In this document: positions 11,881 through 24,930 of the stretch, one piece after another
Layout of the letters: every line of letters begins with the position of its first letter
How positions within the stretch are numbered: the stretch's first letter is position 1
Assembly (NCBI GenBank): GCA_030390025.1
Contig: CM059432.1
Location: 63,118,001-63,182,000, forward strand
Direction of reading: 5' to 3'
Source: Squalus acanthias
Taxonomy: Eukaryota
DNA length: 64,000 nt
Made by a program: the position numbers and the translations under genes
Notes under the pieces: model-generated
Told to the model about the DNA's origin: nothing
Seen by the model: the letters and a program-made list of their open reading frames with translations, nothing else
Database searches by the model: none

Positions 11881-13426
11881 CCTTTTCGTGGGATATGTGG
11901 AACACTCTTTGTTCCAGTCCTACTCGGGTCCCCTCCCTCACCTCTTTTTGCGGTACATTGATGACTGTATCGGTGCCATTTCCTGCTCTCGCCCTGAACT
12001 AGACAATTTCATTCACTTTGCCTCCAATTTCCACCCTTCCCTCACCTTCACATGGTCCATCTCCGACTTTTCCCTTCCCTTCCTCGACTTCTCCGTCTCC
12101 ATCTCTGGGGATAGGTTATTGACCAACATTCACTACAAGCCCACTGACTCCCACAGCTACCTGGACTACACTTCCTCCCACCCCGCCTCCTGTAAGGACT
12201 CTATTCCCTTCTCCCAGTTTCTCCGTCTCCGCCGCATCTGCTCCGACGATGCCACCTTCCATACCAGTGCTTCCGACATGTCTTCCTTTTTCCTCAACCG
12301 AGGATTCCCCTCTACCGTGGTTGACACAGCCCTCGACCGGGTCCGTTCTATCTCCTGCACTTCTGCCCTCACCCCTGCCCCTCCCTCCCGAACCACGATA
12401 GAGTTCCCCTTGGCCTCACCTTTCACCCCACCAGCCTCCACATTCAACGGATCATCCTCCACCATTTCCGCCACCTCCAGCGTGATCCCACCACCAAACG
12501 TATCTTCCCCTCACCTCCCCTTTCAGCATTCCGTAGGGACTGCTCCCTCCGAGACACCCTAGTCCACTCCTCTATCACCCCCAGCACCCCTTCCCCTTTG
12601 CCCGGCACCTTCCCGTGCAAGCGCAGGAGATGCAACACCTGCCCTTATACCTCCCCCCTTCCCACTGTCCAGGGCCCCAAACACCCCTTCCAGGTGAAAC
12701 AGTGATTTACTTGTACTTCTTGCAATTTAGTATACTGTATTCGCTGCTCACGATGTGGTCTCCTCTACACTGGGGAGACCAAACGCAGATTGGGTGACCG
12801 CTTTGCGGAACACCTCCGTTCAGTCCATAAGGGGGACCCCGAGCTCCTGGTGGCTTGTCATTTTAATTCACCGCTCCACGCCCACTCAGACCTCACCGTC
12901 CTCGGCCTCTTGCATTGTTCCACGGAGGCTCAGCGTAAGCTCGAGGAACAGCACCTCATCTTCGATTAGGCACTCTACAGCCCTCTGGACTCAACATAGA
13001 GTTCAACAATTTCAGATCATAACCTCGGCCCCTATCATTTTTATCCCCCCTTTTGGTTTGTGCCTTTTCCCTTTTTTTTCTCTCTCTCCCACACGGCAGC
13101 TGTCTTTCATCCTGCCAGCGCATTTCACACTTCTGAGCCATCTTTTGTTTCTTAACCTGTCCTGTTACCATCTCGTCTTGCCTTGAGCATCTCTTAATGT
13201 CTCTACTTATCACAGACCTCCCCTTTTGTTCTTTTATTCCCTCCCCCAGCCTCCAAACTTGCTTTTTCATCTGTTTCATTTCCTGCTTTTTTCTCAGTTC
13301 TGACGAAGGGTCTTTGACCTGAAATGTTAACTCTGTTTCTCTCTCCACGGATGTTGCCTGGCCTGCTGAGTTTTTCCAGCGCTTTCTGTTGTTATTTCAG
13401 TTTTCCAGCATCCGCAGTATTTTGCT
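11881..13426 (+). mobile_element. 5'-truncated, frameshifted Penelope-like (Neptune-type) element in the Gypsy 5' LTR
   Basis: RYIDD RT motif, highly similar to 61490-63010; TSD ATCGTG (11875-11880, 13427-13432). Confidence 0.92.
13296..13332 (+). ncRNA. Minimal hammerhead-ribozyme-like motif in Penelope pLTR
   Basis: AGTT-CTGACGA-A-GGGTC TTT GACCT-GAAA-TGTT-AACT. Confidence 0.6.
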
Positions 13427-13728
13427 ATCGTGTCTCTGTCCTTCATTTGTTCTACCCACATATATTACATTTTTGGTGATGATAATGGGATCCCAAAGCC
13501 ATTTTTAGGGATCATGGAAGGACACAGTGTTCAACCTTCGAGTGGAAAAGTTTAAGGTGAATTTGTGACACCTAAACTGAATTTTTTTGCAATGTTTTAC
13601 TGTTAATGCTGATGCAGAATTGTCTGTGCTTCACCTTCGCATGTATGTATACACAGCAGCAGCGGTGTTGATTCTCACAGGTACACGGGTAGTGTGCTGA
13701 GTCACTGTTCAACGGGATCGAGACAATC

Positions 13729-16700
13729 ATGGCCGCGTCTATGGGATTCATCGGAATGCTCGGCATGTATGACCAAGCTCGCGAACCATTCAGTTCTTAC
13801 ATTGAGCAGATGGAGATGTATTTTAAGGCCAATAACATTATTGAGATCGAAGGTGCAGATGAGAATGTTCAAGCTCAAAATAAAGTAACTCGTGAATGTA
13901 AAAAGCAATTTTTCTAATGGAGATCGGGCCAGATGTCTACGGAATGTTGACAAACCTACTCACGCCAGGGAAAGCAAAGGATGTGTAGTTTTGAAAACAT
14001 TGTCGAGAAACTCGAGGACCATTTCGACCCTTCTCTTCTTAAGCCATTAGAAATAGCAGAGAGCTATAAGTTTGGTACCAGAAACCAAAAACAAAGTGAA
14101 ACCATCAAGGAGTACATTGTAGCTCTTAAGAATCCACTTTGGTAGAAAAAACAGAAAGGCAGAGTATTTCCTAAATGGTGAAAGATTGGGGAATGCAGAT
14201 GCTCAAAGGGACCTGGGTGTCCTTGTACATGAGTCACTGAAAGTGAATGTGCAGGTGCAGCAAACCATTAGGAAGGCAAATGGTATGCTGGCCTTCATTA
14301 CAAGAGGATTTGAGTACAGGAGTAAAGAAATCTTACTTCAATTATATAGGGCCTTGGTGAGACCACACCTGGAGTACTGTGTACAATTTTGGTCTCCTTA
14401 CATAAGGAAGGATATACTTGCCATAGAGGGAGTGCAACAAAGGTTCATGAGATTGATTCCTGGGATGGCGGGACTGTCGTATGAGAAGAGATTGAGTAAA
14501 CAAGGCCTGTATTCTCTTGAATTCAGAAGAATGAGAGGGGATCTCATTGAAGCATACAAAATTATTACAGGGCTTGATAGGGTGGATGCTGGGAGAATGT
14601 TTCCCTTGGCTGGGTAGTCTAGAACCAGGGGCCACAGCCTCAGGATAAAGGGTAGGCCATTCAGGACTGAGATGAGAAGAAATTTCTTCACACAGAGGAA
14701 GGTGAATCTTTGGAATTCTCTATCTCAGAGGGCTGTGGAGGCTCAGTCATTGGGTATATTCAAAACTGAAGTCGATAGATTTCTGACTAGTAAGAGCATC
14801 AAGGGATATGGCGATAGGGCCGGTGAATAGAGTTGAGGCAGAAGATCAGCCATGATCTCATTGAATGGCGGAGCAGGCTCGAAGGGCCGAATGGCCTACT
14901 CCTGCTCCTATTTCTTATGTTCTTATGTTCTTAACCTGTCTTTGCATTGTAACTTCGGCACATTTTTGGATCGTGTGTTGCAAGCTACGTTTATGTGTGG
15001 ACTAGTGGATGAGCGCACACAGTCCAAATTACTGAACACTCCGAACCTAACGTTAGACATAGCATGCAAAATTGCCCCATCTATGGATTGGTGTCTAAGA
15101 ATGCAAGGGAGCTTTGTCCAACTCAAGTGACTAGTGCAACTGAGGTCTACAGTCACAAAAACCACCGCCGAACCTAAAACTGTGAGACTGGGTCAAAAGC
15201 ATGTCGGTGAGAGCAGTTCAGTGAATTGTTATCGCTGCAATGGAAATCACTCACCACAGTTCTACCGATATAGAAATGCGAAGTGTTTTCACTGCTAGAA
15301 GCAAGGCCATATTTCAACAGTTTGCAGAGCTAGACCAAAAGCAGGAAGTAAGAACCATTCTAGTGGCAATGCAAAGCAGCGACAACAAAAGGGAAGAATT
15401 CACAATATTGAAGAACGGGGCACCTACAGTATCTATGCCACTAGCGGCAACATCAGCAGTCATGAGAAAGACTTCCGTACAAAACTTTTGATCAATGATC
15501 AATATATTGATATGTGTATCGACACAGTGGTGGACTGCTTTATCATGAGTAAGGACACATATGAGAGTAAGTTGAATCAAGCACCACTTACAAAGAGAAC
15601 CGCAGAGTTAAAAACCTACTCCGGAGAAATCCTAGAGACATGTGGACAAATGGAATGTACAGTTCAGTACAATGGCCAGTCAGTAAAGCTGCCTATTATT
15701 GTAGCGAGCTACAACAACAGGCCAACCCTCATGGGCAAAGACTAGTTGAGAAAGTTAAAACTAGACTGGAAAAACATCTTCAGTGTAGATGCTTCAAAGA
15801 AGCGACTCGACACAATGCTGAACAAGTATAAAAGCATGTTCTCAGACAGTTATGAGGGCATCACTGGGTATGACGCACATATCCGCATCAAGTCCAACGC
15901 GAAGCCTGTCTATTGTAAGGTAAGGCCGGTCCCCTATGCGTTGAAAAATCAGGTGAAGGAAGAGCTAGAGAAACTGAGAGAGAACAGAGTGCTAGTAAAA
16001 ACTGAGAAAAGTGAATGGGCTACCCCGATTGTGGTAGTCCCCAAAGCAGACAAAACTGTATGCTTGTGCGGTGACTACAAAGTTACTATCAACTAAGCAG
16101 TTGACGATGAGCAGTACCTGTTACCTACATCACAAGATTTGTATGCAGCACTCTCTGGGATGAAAGTTTTCTCCAAGCTTGACCTGTCGCACGCTTACGC
16201 TCAGCTGAATGCTGACAAAGAGAGTCAACAGTATCACCATCAACACACACAAGGGACTGTATTCATACACCAAGCTGCCATATGGTGTAAAGTCCTCCCC
16301 CAAAATCTTCTAGGCTACAATGGATAAGATTTTGCAAGGAATTCCAAATTGCTTATGCAATCAAGATGATGTACTGATCGCAACAAGCAGTGAGGAAGAA
16401 GATCTAGAAGAGTTAGATATAGTGCTTCAGAGGTTGAATTCCCACAATGCCAAATTGAAAAGGAGCAAATGTGCTTTTGTGCAGCCTAAGGTTGTGTACC
16501 TTGGTCTGAAAGTTGATGCAAATGGCTTGCAACCAGTTAAGGAAAAGGTTGATGCTGTCATCAATGCTCCAAAGCCACAGAACGTGTATGAGTTAAGATC
16601 TTTCCTTGGAATGGTCCAGTACTATGCACGTTTCTTACCTGAGTTAGCGACCAGGTTAGCTCCATTGCACGAGCTCCTCAAGAAGGATGTCCAGTGGAAG

Positions 16701-17537
16701 TGGACAAAAACACAACAGGAAGCTTACGACGCTCGTAAGAGAAGTCTCTCTAGCGATGCTCTACTTGTGCACTAGGACACAAAGCGTAACTTAAGTTAGT
16801 GTGTGATACTTCTAGCAATGGTGTGGGAGCTATCATAAGCCATGTAATGAATGATGGCCAAGAGAAACCAATCGTGTTTGCATCACGAACCCTCACAAAG
16901 AGCGAAAGAAACTACGTGCAAATTGAAAAGGAGGCACTCGCCAGTGTTTGGAATCAAGAAATTCCAACAGTTCCTGATAGGTAGAAAGTTTACTCTGATA
17001 ACCGATCACAAACTGCTCCTAGCAATATTGGGGCCCAAATCTGCCATCCCTGCAATGGCCGCAGCAAGAATGCAACATTGGGCAGTGTTGTTGTCACAAT
17101 ATAACTACATGATTGAATATCACACTTCAAAGCAAAACGCAATCGCAGATGCCTTGTCCAGGTTGCCACATGAGGACTCGTGTGTTGGGAGTGAAGGTGA
17201 GATTTTCACACTAGATGCAGTTGACAAAGACTTTCCCGTGAATACAACTGAGATTGCAAATGAGACTCAAAAGGACTCAGTACTGAAAAGAGTGTATGAA
17301 AACACCTTGAATGGATGGACTGATCAGTGTCTGGACACAGAGTTAAAACCATTCCATAACCGTCGTACTGAATTGTCTAGTGAGCAAAGTTGTATCAAGT
17401 GGGGAAACAGAGTGGTGGTACCTACTTCTTTGAGTTCGGAACAAAAAAAAAACAGCCCGAAAACTGGTTCAACACCAAAACCATCAGTAAGAAGATCAAG
17501 AAGGCTCTGCAAACCTGTTATTAAACTGGATTTGTAG
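13729..17537 (+). pseudogene. Gypsy gag-pol pseudogene (gag, protease, RT, RNase H)
   Basis: SEWATPIVVVPK..LCGDYK, FSKLDLSHAY, NQDDVLI, LRSFLGMVQYY, CDTSSNGVGA, FTLITDHK, ADALSRLP; many stops and frameshifts. Confidence 0.9.
14131..14932 (+). mobile_element. CR1 3' fragment inserted in Gypsy gag
   Basis: ORF 14186-14617 (RDLGV...LVRPHLEYCVQFWSP), TTCTTATG-repeat tail; gag reads through ALK|NLSLHCNFG across it. Confidence 0.92.
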
Positions 17538-18220
17538 TTCATTTGTAGGATTTGTAGTTCATTTAAAAGAAAAAAGCCAGGAGTTTTTGTTATGTGATAC
17601 ATGTAATGCTGGGAAAAGTGTGACCATAGTTTTGTTGTATTTGAGAGGGGAATATGTACATTTTTTTAAAGGGGAAAGCAGTGTAATATATTATCACATG
17701 GTTTGTTACATGATTTAGTATGAGCATGTTCAGTTCATTTTGGCTTAGTAAAGCAAGCTCATGAACTAGCAACTCATCCTGTCTGTCCTTCATTTGTTCA
17801 ACCCATATATATTACATCTGTTGTTTGTGCCGAAGTTCTTGCTCAAGATAGCATGAAACCAAACAAACTAAAATGCCACTTGGAGACCAAATATCCTGCC
17901 CTCAAAGATAAACCACAATATTTCAACTGAAAGGACAGATGAAGGTAATCGAAGAAGTTTGAATACTGTTTTGTAGTAAATTTTGGCAAGAATCTGTGAA
18001 TTCAGGGAGGAGCGCCGTATGTTTTTGATCGACTCTGTATCACTACTTCACCATCATTTCCTCAACCAATGCTTCCAGCTTTTACTGGACTCTTTGGCTG
18101 ACAAATTTAACAAGCTCAAAGAACTTACCCTTTCTTTGCAAGGTAAGAACTATAACCTTTTCATCAGGCACAAAGAACTACAGAGCTTTGCCAAACCTAG
18201 CTATGTGCTGCAAGACAATA

Positions 18221-18970
18221 GGCCACATCTTCCTGGACAAATAATGGCGCATGCCGTTATTAATGTGCAAATCGGCCAGCAAGTTCAGGTGGTTTGGAGA
18301 TATGCCGTGAGTTGCAAATCTCCACAACTTGCTGGTCGATTACACCACTCCACCATTTGTCTCGTGCAAAGGACATCTTGCCCTAGCCTCCCTGTTATTT
18401 TTAAGAGTTTGCTGGATTTGCACATTAATTGCCCATTAAACTCGCCGCAGGAAGTTAGGGCTCATAATTAAAGCATAAGGACATTTTAATGACATGATAA
18501 TTGTTAATGGAATGCCAATCAATCTCTCTGGCCCAGAAAGGGAACAATTTAAACTGTTGAGTCTCATTCCTGAATGTAGTAAATTATTATTAGAGATTAT
18601 AAAAAAAATTATATTTAAATCTTTTTTACTTACTTTTCATTTCTGTCTCTTTTCTCTCTCTCTCTTAATCCAATCTTTCTTTCCCTCCCTTTCTATACCC
18701 AATTTGACTCTAATTCACCCACTCTAATTCACCCTCCTTCTCCGTCATTCCACTGTTTCTTTCTCAATCCTTCAATCTCATTGGTTAAGGAGATACACTG
18801 TTGGTTCCGTCGTTCACTAAGGTCCCAGATGCCCCATTGCCCTCCCCGCGCGTTATCATCTCGCACTTCCAGCAAGTTACGGCGCAAATTATGTTCAAGT
18901 TGAAGGATGCAGGAAAAAGTCTAACTCACGGCGTACAGCGCAAGATGTCCCGCACCAGCATGATTTGGCC
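18221..18970. mobile_element. MITE, probably Harbinger-type, inside the hAT transposase
   Basis: GGCCACATC...GATTTGGCC termini interrupting collinear transposase sequence. Confidence 0.6.
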
Positions 18971-19351
18971 TAACGTTACTACATTTCCAACATTGTATTC
19001 TGTTATTACGGACTGAGCAATGTCGGTCCTGGAAGTTAAAGATGTAATTCCAGAGCATTTCACTCTCAGCTTTTCACAAAATTCAATAAATATATTCCAA
19101 AAGAGATGAATTGAATGAATGATTTCACTTGGGTTCAAAATCCATTTTCAGAGGATTTCGTTACAAAGGCCAAGATTGCTATGAGTCCAAAAGAAAAGTT
19201 GATCAATGGTGCTGGTGTTTTGGGAGACAATTTTAAAGCCATGCCACTTGATCAGATGTCCCTAAGAGCCATTAAAATACTTGTCCACGTTGTCTCAACA
19301 TATCTGCGGGAATTGGGATCTTCTTCACTTATTTACATCAAAAACCTGTAT

Positions 19352-19591
19352 AGTGGTGAACCTGTGGAATTCTCTACCACAGAAGGCAGTAGAGGCCAAT
19401 TCATTAAATATATTCAAGAAGGAGTTGGATATATTTCTTAAGGCTAAAGGGATCAAGGGATATGGGGAGAAAGCAGGGACAGGGTTCTGAATTTGGATGA
19501 GCAGCCATGATCGCATTGAATGGCAGAGCAGGCTAGAGGGGCCGAATGGCCTACTCCTGCTCCTATCTTCTATGTTTCTATGTTTCTATGT
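19352..19591 (+). mobile_element. CR1 3' tail
   Basis: VVNLWNSLPQKAVEA; TTCTATG-repeat tail. Confidence 0.9.
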
Positions 19592-19844
19592 AGAAGCAGC
19601 TTGAATGTAGAGACTCATTTGTGTTTGAAACTCTCCAATATCAAACCAAGATTCCACAAATTGTATAGTTGCAAACAAGCTCAATCAACTCACTGAGATA
19701 AGGGTGAGTCATCAAGTGTTCTTTTACCTTCAAGTTTATTCAGTTTTATAGTACTGGTACTGTGCTATTTATTTTGCTTTCTGTCTCAAGCAATATGTTA
19801 TGTTAGCCAAGAAAATAAAATCCTCTTGTTCTATGCAAAAATGC

Positions 19845-20031
19845 GGGGGAAGAAATTGGTCTTCTCCAGTAGCACGAAACGGGTTCATGGCAAATTGGAG
19901 GCCTATTTTGCACCACATTCAATTTCCTTTTTTATTGACTTCAATGGAAATGAAAATCATGCCTGGTGTAAAACGAGCTGCTGATTCACTATTGCCTGTT
20001 TCGCACTTCTGGCGAAGACTAATTTCACCCC
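19845..20031. mobile_element. Short MITE; related sequence at ~39030-39127 and ~40690-40868
   Basis: GGGGGAAGAAATT...AATTTCACCCCC termini; shared core ATTGACTTCAATGGAAA. Confidence 0.55.
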
Positions 20032-20344
20032 CATTCTTTCTTAAAAATAGGGGGCGCGTATGGGGAGCCTCATCTCCCAAGGGGAGCTCAGCATAAAAAG
20101 TTTGGGAACCTTTTCTCCAGGCGATTGAAACTAGTTTAAGAGACCACATTGACCATGACTTATATTATTTGGTACCTACCTGTTGTATGATGCAATCTCT
20201 AACCCAGCCAGGAAACAGTCCAGCTATTTCTTGAAGATGTATACTGAATCAGCACTCACCACTTGCCGTCATGTATGGATTTGATAATATTATTGAAAAG
20301 CCCATCCCTTGTTCATCATGTGCTTAATTTATTTAATGAATTTA

Positions 20345-22086
20345 TGGCCAATTCGTTTCTTAGGGGAATTTTTCAGGTGGGAAAATTGTTTTTTGACAGC
20401 GGTTAGGGAACCCACTGTCAACCTGCCTCCACACGAGTCTCCCAGATTTTGGGTCTGTCAGCGCTGAACAGACCCTTCACCATGTGGCGGGGGAGGCAAT
20501 TTAGATCAGTAAGAGATTGTTAAGAGGCACTTAAATATAATTTTAAGCTTACCTTTCCATTTTACGCGTTCTCCCACGGGTTATACGCTGCTCGGGGATC
20601 ACATTAGCTCAGCAGGTCGTGAGTGGATTCAGCATTGAATTATCTGATTAATTGACAGCTGCAAAAGTGGTATAAAAGCTCCCATCTCACAGCTGTTCAC
20701 TTTCCAAGCTCAGAATCTGTTGCTTACTGCATTTGGAAGACAGATTGAGCTTTATGCAGCTTGCAAGTGTTTGGAGCCAACTCTCTATCCAGTGCCACAT
20801 CATTGGAACAACCTCTCTGACCATTGACAGATTTGCTTCTGTCATCTCAACTTCACCTGCCATCTATTACATCAGTATTGGTGGCCTTGAAACAATTTCA
20901 CCTTGGTCCTCAGAATCCCACCATGATCAGCCCCAACACCAGCAGCACCAGGCACACCAGCAGCACCGACAACAACACCAACCTTCTCCGCATTCAACTG
21001 ATGCTGTACAGGACACAGGGCATCAGCACCCGACCACATTGCTGTCCGGGGCACCAGGGATGGCCTTACCATGTCCAGATTTACTTCACTTGACGCTGTA
21101 CACCCTGGCAGCCACATGATGCGCCAGGTTGGCACCACCCCACACCAAAACCATAAAGCATCCCTACAATGCCCAAGCCATTCCTTTCTCACTCATTGTC
21201 ATTGCGGGGGGTACCGTTCTGTCTCACCATTCACTGCAACTCACTAGGCCACTTTCAAAGGTGCACACAAATCTGTCCAAGAACGCAAAGTGTTGAAAAT
21301 AAAGATTTCAATGTTTGACACCACATTAACAGAAACTTCACATGAACATTGGCTAAAACACTCAAATGCCTACCCTTGTGTGTTGTTAGTTGGTATAATT
21401 GCACTAGGATGAGGCTGAGTGTGAGGGGGAAGTACTAATGTAGATAGAGAGGGATGGGTGGAGGTGCAAGGTAAGTTGGTGTGAGTAAGGATGTGCAGGA
21501 GTAGGGTAGGGAAGGCAGAGTGATGGGGTTGTGATGGGTGGCACAGCAGAGTGAGTTTGAGTGTGGCTTTGCAGTAACGTTTTGTGATCTACTGAGATCA
21601 TTGAAAGGTTGGCACCACTGCAGCCAGGGACTCCTGACAACATCCCTGCTTGTGTCCTCTTGTGCAATGTGCAACCAGGCTGTGTTGATCTCCTGGGGAG
21701 GTCCCTTCTGCCCATGGGAAGGAAAGAGAACCTCCCTGCATACTGTGACTCCCTCCATAAACATATGGAGGGAGTCATGGGAGAGCCTGGGTGCAGCCGT
21801 GCACCTCTGTGCAGTGCTTGTCAGTGTTTGCAGCACCTCAATGCTGTAGAACACTGACAGCACAAATGTCAAAATAATTTGCGCATGGTCCCTTTAAGGA
21901 AACCGGCTGATGACGCGTCATCAAATGACGTCATCAGACCCGCTTCCTTCAATTGGCCAGCAAACGTGCTGGGCAGGCTTAACAAGCCCAATCAATGTAA
22001 GATCACTCTACAGAGCGGACTGGAGCCAGCAGCGGGGTCGCACCCCGGCCGCTCTGGACCCGCCTCGGTAGGCGAAATCGCAACCT
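20345..22086. mobile_element. Internally deleted Harbinger element (family C)
   Basis: Contains a Myb-like remnant; homologous in inverted orientation to 56875-57975 and 63407-64000; left boundary approximate. Confidence 0.7.
21585..21830 (-). pseudogene. Harbinger Myb/SANT-like accessory protein remnant
   Basis: APRLSHDSLHMFMEGV...EVLFPSHG...AWLHIAQE...WLQWCQPFNDL trihelix-like pattern. Confidence 0.75.
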
Positions 22087-22394
22087 TAGTTTCTGAGGAC
22101 TTTCTCTTTTCATTCCATATTTTCCTTATTGAAAACTGCATTATTTGTGTTTACCTCAGATACATTCTTTGAATATGTGGTTTGTGATAAATTGGATCCT
22201 GAAAACCATTTTCACATAACTTTGATCCCAGAAGAGAGTTTGTAGATGTGTGGGAACTTAATAAGCTGCAATTTTCACTGCCCAACTATTTAAAGTATGC
22301 AGTGGTGGACAAAAATCCAAATAATTAAACTTTTAATAAATAAAATATTAAACTGAAAATCCCTTAAGAACTTACTGGTGAGCTAAATAACAAT

Positions 22395-23104
22395 AGGATC
22401 AGAGGGACCTTGGCCTGCATGTACATAGATCCCTGAAGGCAGCAGGACAGGTAGATAAGGTGGTTAAGAAGGCATATGGGATACTTGCCTTTATTAGCCG
22501 AGGCATAGAATATAAGAGCAGGGAGGTTATGATGGAGCTGAACAAAACGCTAGTTCGGCCACGGCTGGAATACTGTGTGCAGTTCTGGTCGCCACACTAT
22601 AGGAAGGATGTGATTGCATTGGAGAGGGTGCAGAGGAGATTCACCAGGATGTTACCTGGGCTGGAGAGCTTCAGCTATGAAGAAAGATTGGACAGGCTGG
22701 GGTTGTTTTCCTTAGAGCAGAGAAGGCTGAGGGGGGACCTGATTGAGGTGTACAAAATTATGAGGGGCATAGATAGGGTAGATAGAAAGGAACTTTTCCC
22801 CTTAGTAGAGGGGTCAATAACCAGGGGGCATAGTTTCAAGGTAAGTGGCAGGAGGTTTAGAGGGGATTTGAGGAAAAACTTTTTCACCCAGAGGGTGGTT
22901 GGAATCTGGAACTCACTGCCTGAAAGGGTGGTAGAGGCAGGAACCCTCACAACATTAAAGAAGCAGTTAGATGAGCACTTGAAACGCCATAGCATACAAG
23001 GCTACGGACCAAGTGCTGGAAAATGGGATTAGAATAGACAGGGCTTGATGGCCGGCGCAGACACGATGGGCCGAAGGGCCTCTTTCTGTGCTGTATAACT
23101 CTAT
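22395..23104 (+). mobile_element. CR1 3' fragment
   Basis: ORF 22460-23032 LVRPRLEYCVQFWSPHY...RRLRGDLIEVYK. Confidence 0.93.
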
Positions 23105-24271
23105 GGGCTGGATTTTCATTGACCCGTGGAGGTGGATTTGGAGGCGTGTGAGGGGTTAAAATTGCGAAAACTGGCGGGTGGGCACAAGCCCGCCTCCATC
23201 CCGCCTCCACGCAATTTTCATTAAATCGTGTCTGCTGGTCTCGACTCCGTCCCGCCTCTTAACAAGCACTAAATTGCCTCTATAATGCCATTTTGAAAGG
23301 CCTTTGTGATTTTAACCCTTTTTCTATGTGAAGCACGCCTGTTCTGAACCATGAATGTGAAACCTGGCGGGAGCACATTTCGATAGCAGGCAGGCAGGCA
23401 GGCAGGCAGGCTGGCTGGATGGATGGATGGATGAGGAGGAGACATATCTGGGAGTGGTGGTGCAAAAATATCTGGGAGCAGACTTAGGGCTGCTGCTGCT
23501 CATTTTGCATCCAGGTCCTCTCACAGCAAAGGCCAGGCAGTCTTTGCAGACCTTCATTGCAGCAACAATGATGACATCATCAGAGGTGACTTTCAGACTG
23601 AAAACACTAATTGGTTCATGGGTTCCCACATGCTGGAACTCAATTGCCCAATTAGGTGAAAATCGCATCAATCTCCCACATCCAATTGCAGTCGGGTGGA
23701 TAAAGGGGCTGGCAGGTGGGTGGCTTTGTGGGTTTTACTGTAGCTGGCCGGGTTTCTCAGGCCTCGGGAAACCCGATAGCTGCAGCGAGGTGAGTGCAGC
23801 CTCCGGGAGCACTCCTCGTGAGTTGAGAGGAGCAGGAGTTCGTCCCCCACAGGCCCCCCCGCTACCCCACCATCAGATCCCATCCCCCCCATAGAAACCT
23901 GACCGACCCCCCACCCCGCCCCCCCCAACTCCGGCCTGGGATCAGACTCCCCAGGGTCGGTGGTTAGACTCCCTTGGAATCGGACCCTCCCCCTGGCTCG
24001 GGATCAGACACCCTTGGGATTGGACCCCCTGGGGTCAGTGATCGTACCCCCCTTGGGATTGGACACCCCCATTCCTGGTCCTGCGGCCTCCTCTGGAGTG
24101 CTCCCTGCCAGTCAATCAGACTGACTTCCGGGCGGAGAACCTGTCAGGACCAAGAGTCGCACGCTATGGAGTTAAATATCTACAGCATGTGAGGAAACCC
24201 AGACTTCCAGGTTTCCCATCCAAAATTCCACTCCCCCACCTACGAAACATGCCCCAGTAAATATCCAGCCC
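23105..24271. mobile_element. Harbinger-type MITE (family A, longer copy 2)
   Basis: GGGCTGGATTTT...ATATCCAGCCC; homologous to 589-1158; internal (GCAG)n(GGAT)n and C-rich tandem repeats. Confidence 0.8.
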
Positions 24272-24436
24272 ATTATATTGGTAATGGTGCTTTATTGCGT
24301 TTATTTCACAAGCAGCACAGCCGTAAGTGAATTTCAGAGGCTCTTATGAGTGACAGCAGCATCTATTCTTGGGTTGGTTGCTGATTGTTCTCACTACATT
24401 GCTGGAATGCTCTGCTTTGAAACAAGTTGAGCTAGG

Positions 24437-24930
24437 GCCCTCCAGACAGCTCAGTTGGTAAGTTGTCCACCTGATGTGGAATTGTACCATACAATCGAGG
24501 AAGCTCCAAAGTTCAATTGCTGGTCTGTTCTGAGATCTCAGTTTTTTTGTAATTCATTCTTGGGATGTGGTTGTAGCTGGCAATTTGGGCATTTAATGCC
24601 CATCCCTAGTTGTCCTGAGAAGGTGGTGGTGGGCCTGCTTCTTGAAAGTGGTTTGATATAATTGAGAGGCTAGTTAGACCACTTCAGAAGTCAACCACAC
24701 TGGAGTCACATATAGCCTAGACTGGGTAAGGACAGCATGTTTCCTTCCCTAAAGTGACCCAGTTGGGTTTTTGTGACAATCTGACAGCTTTGTGGTCACT
24801 TTTACAGATTGTTTTTAAACTGAATTCAAATTCGCAAACTGCCATGGTGGGACTTGAACTCATGTTTCCTGGAGTTTTAGTCCAGGCCGCTGGATTACTA
24901 GTCGAGTAACATAACCCTACATTACTGTAT
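24437..24930. mobile_element. Old SINE/LINE-tail fragments
   Basis: tRNA-like A box AGCTCAGTTGGTA and B-like GTTCAATT; 24545-24650 resembles the LINE-B 3' end on the minus strand. Confidence 0.45.

Larger units (their letters stand above)
11594..17816 (+). mobile_element. Decayed Gypsy/Ty3 LTR retrotransposon, integrase core deleted
   Basis: LTRs of ~135 bp (interrupted 11594-13468; 17682-17816), PBS-like TGGTG after the 5' LTR, purine tract GGGGAAAGCAG, candidate TSD TATGT/TCTGT. Confidence 0.9.
17817..19695 (+). pseudogene. hAT/Buster transposase remnants, internally deleted and interrupted
   Basis: VVCAEVLAQDSMKPNKLKCHLETKYP (BED-finger like), LADKFNKLKELTLSLQG, WVQNPF, STYLRELGSSSL, C-terminal LSNIKPRF...KQAQSTH*. 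Confidence 0.85.
11295..20114 (+). mobile_element. Decayed hAT (Charlie/Buster-like) DNA transposon with nested insertions
   Basis: TIRs CAGAGGTTCCCAAACT / AGTTTGGGAACCTTTT; degenerate 8-bp TSD CTCGAAGC / CTCCAGGC; internal transposase remnants. Confidence 0.8.
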
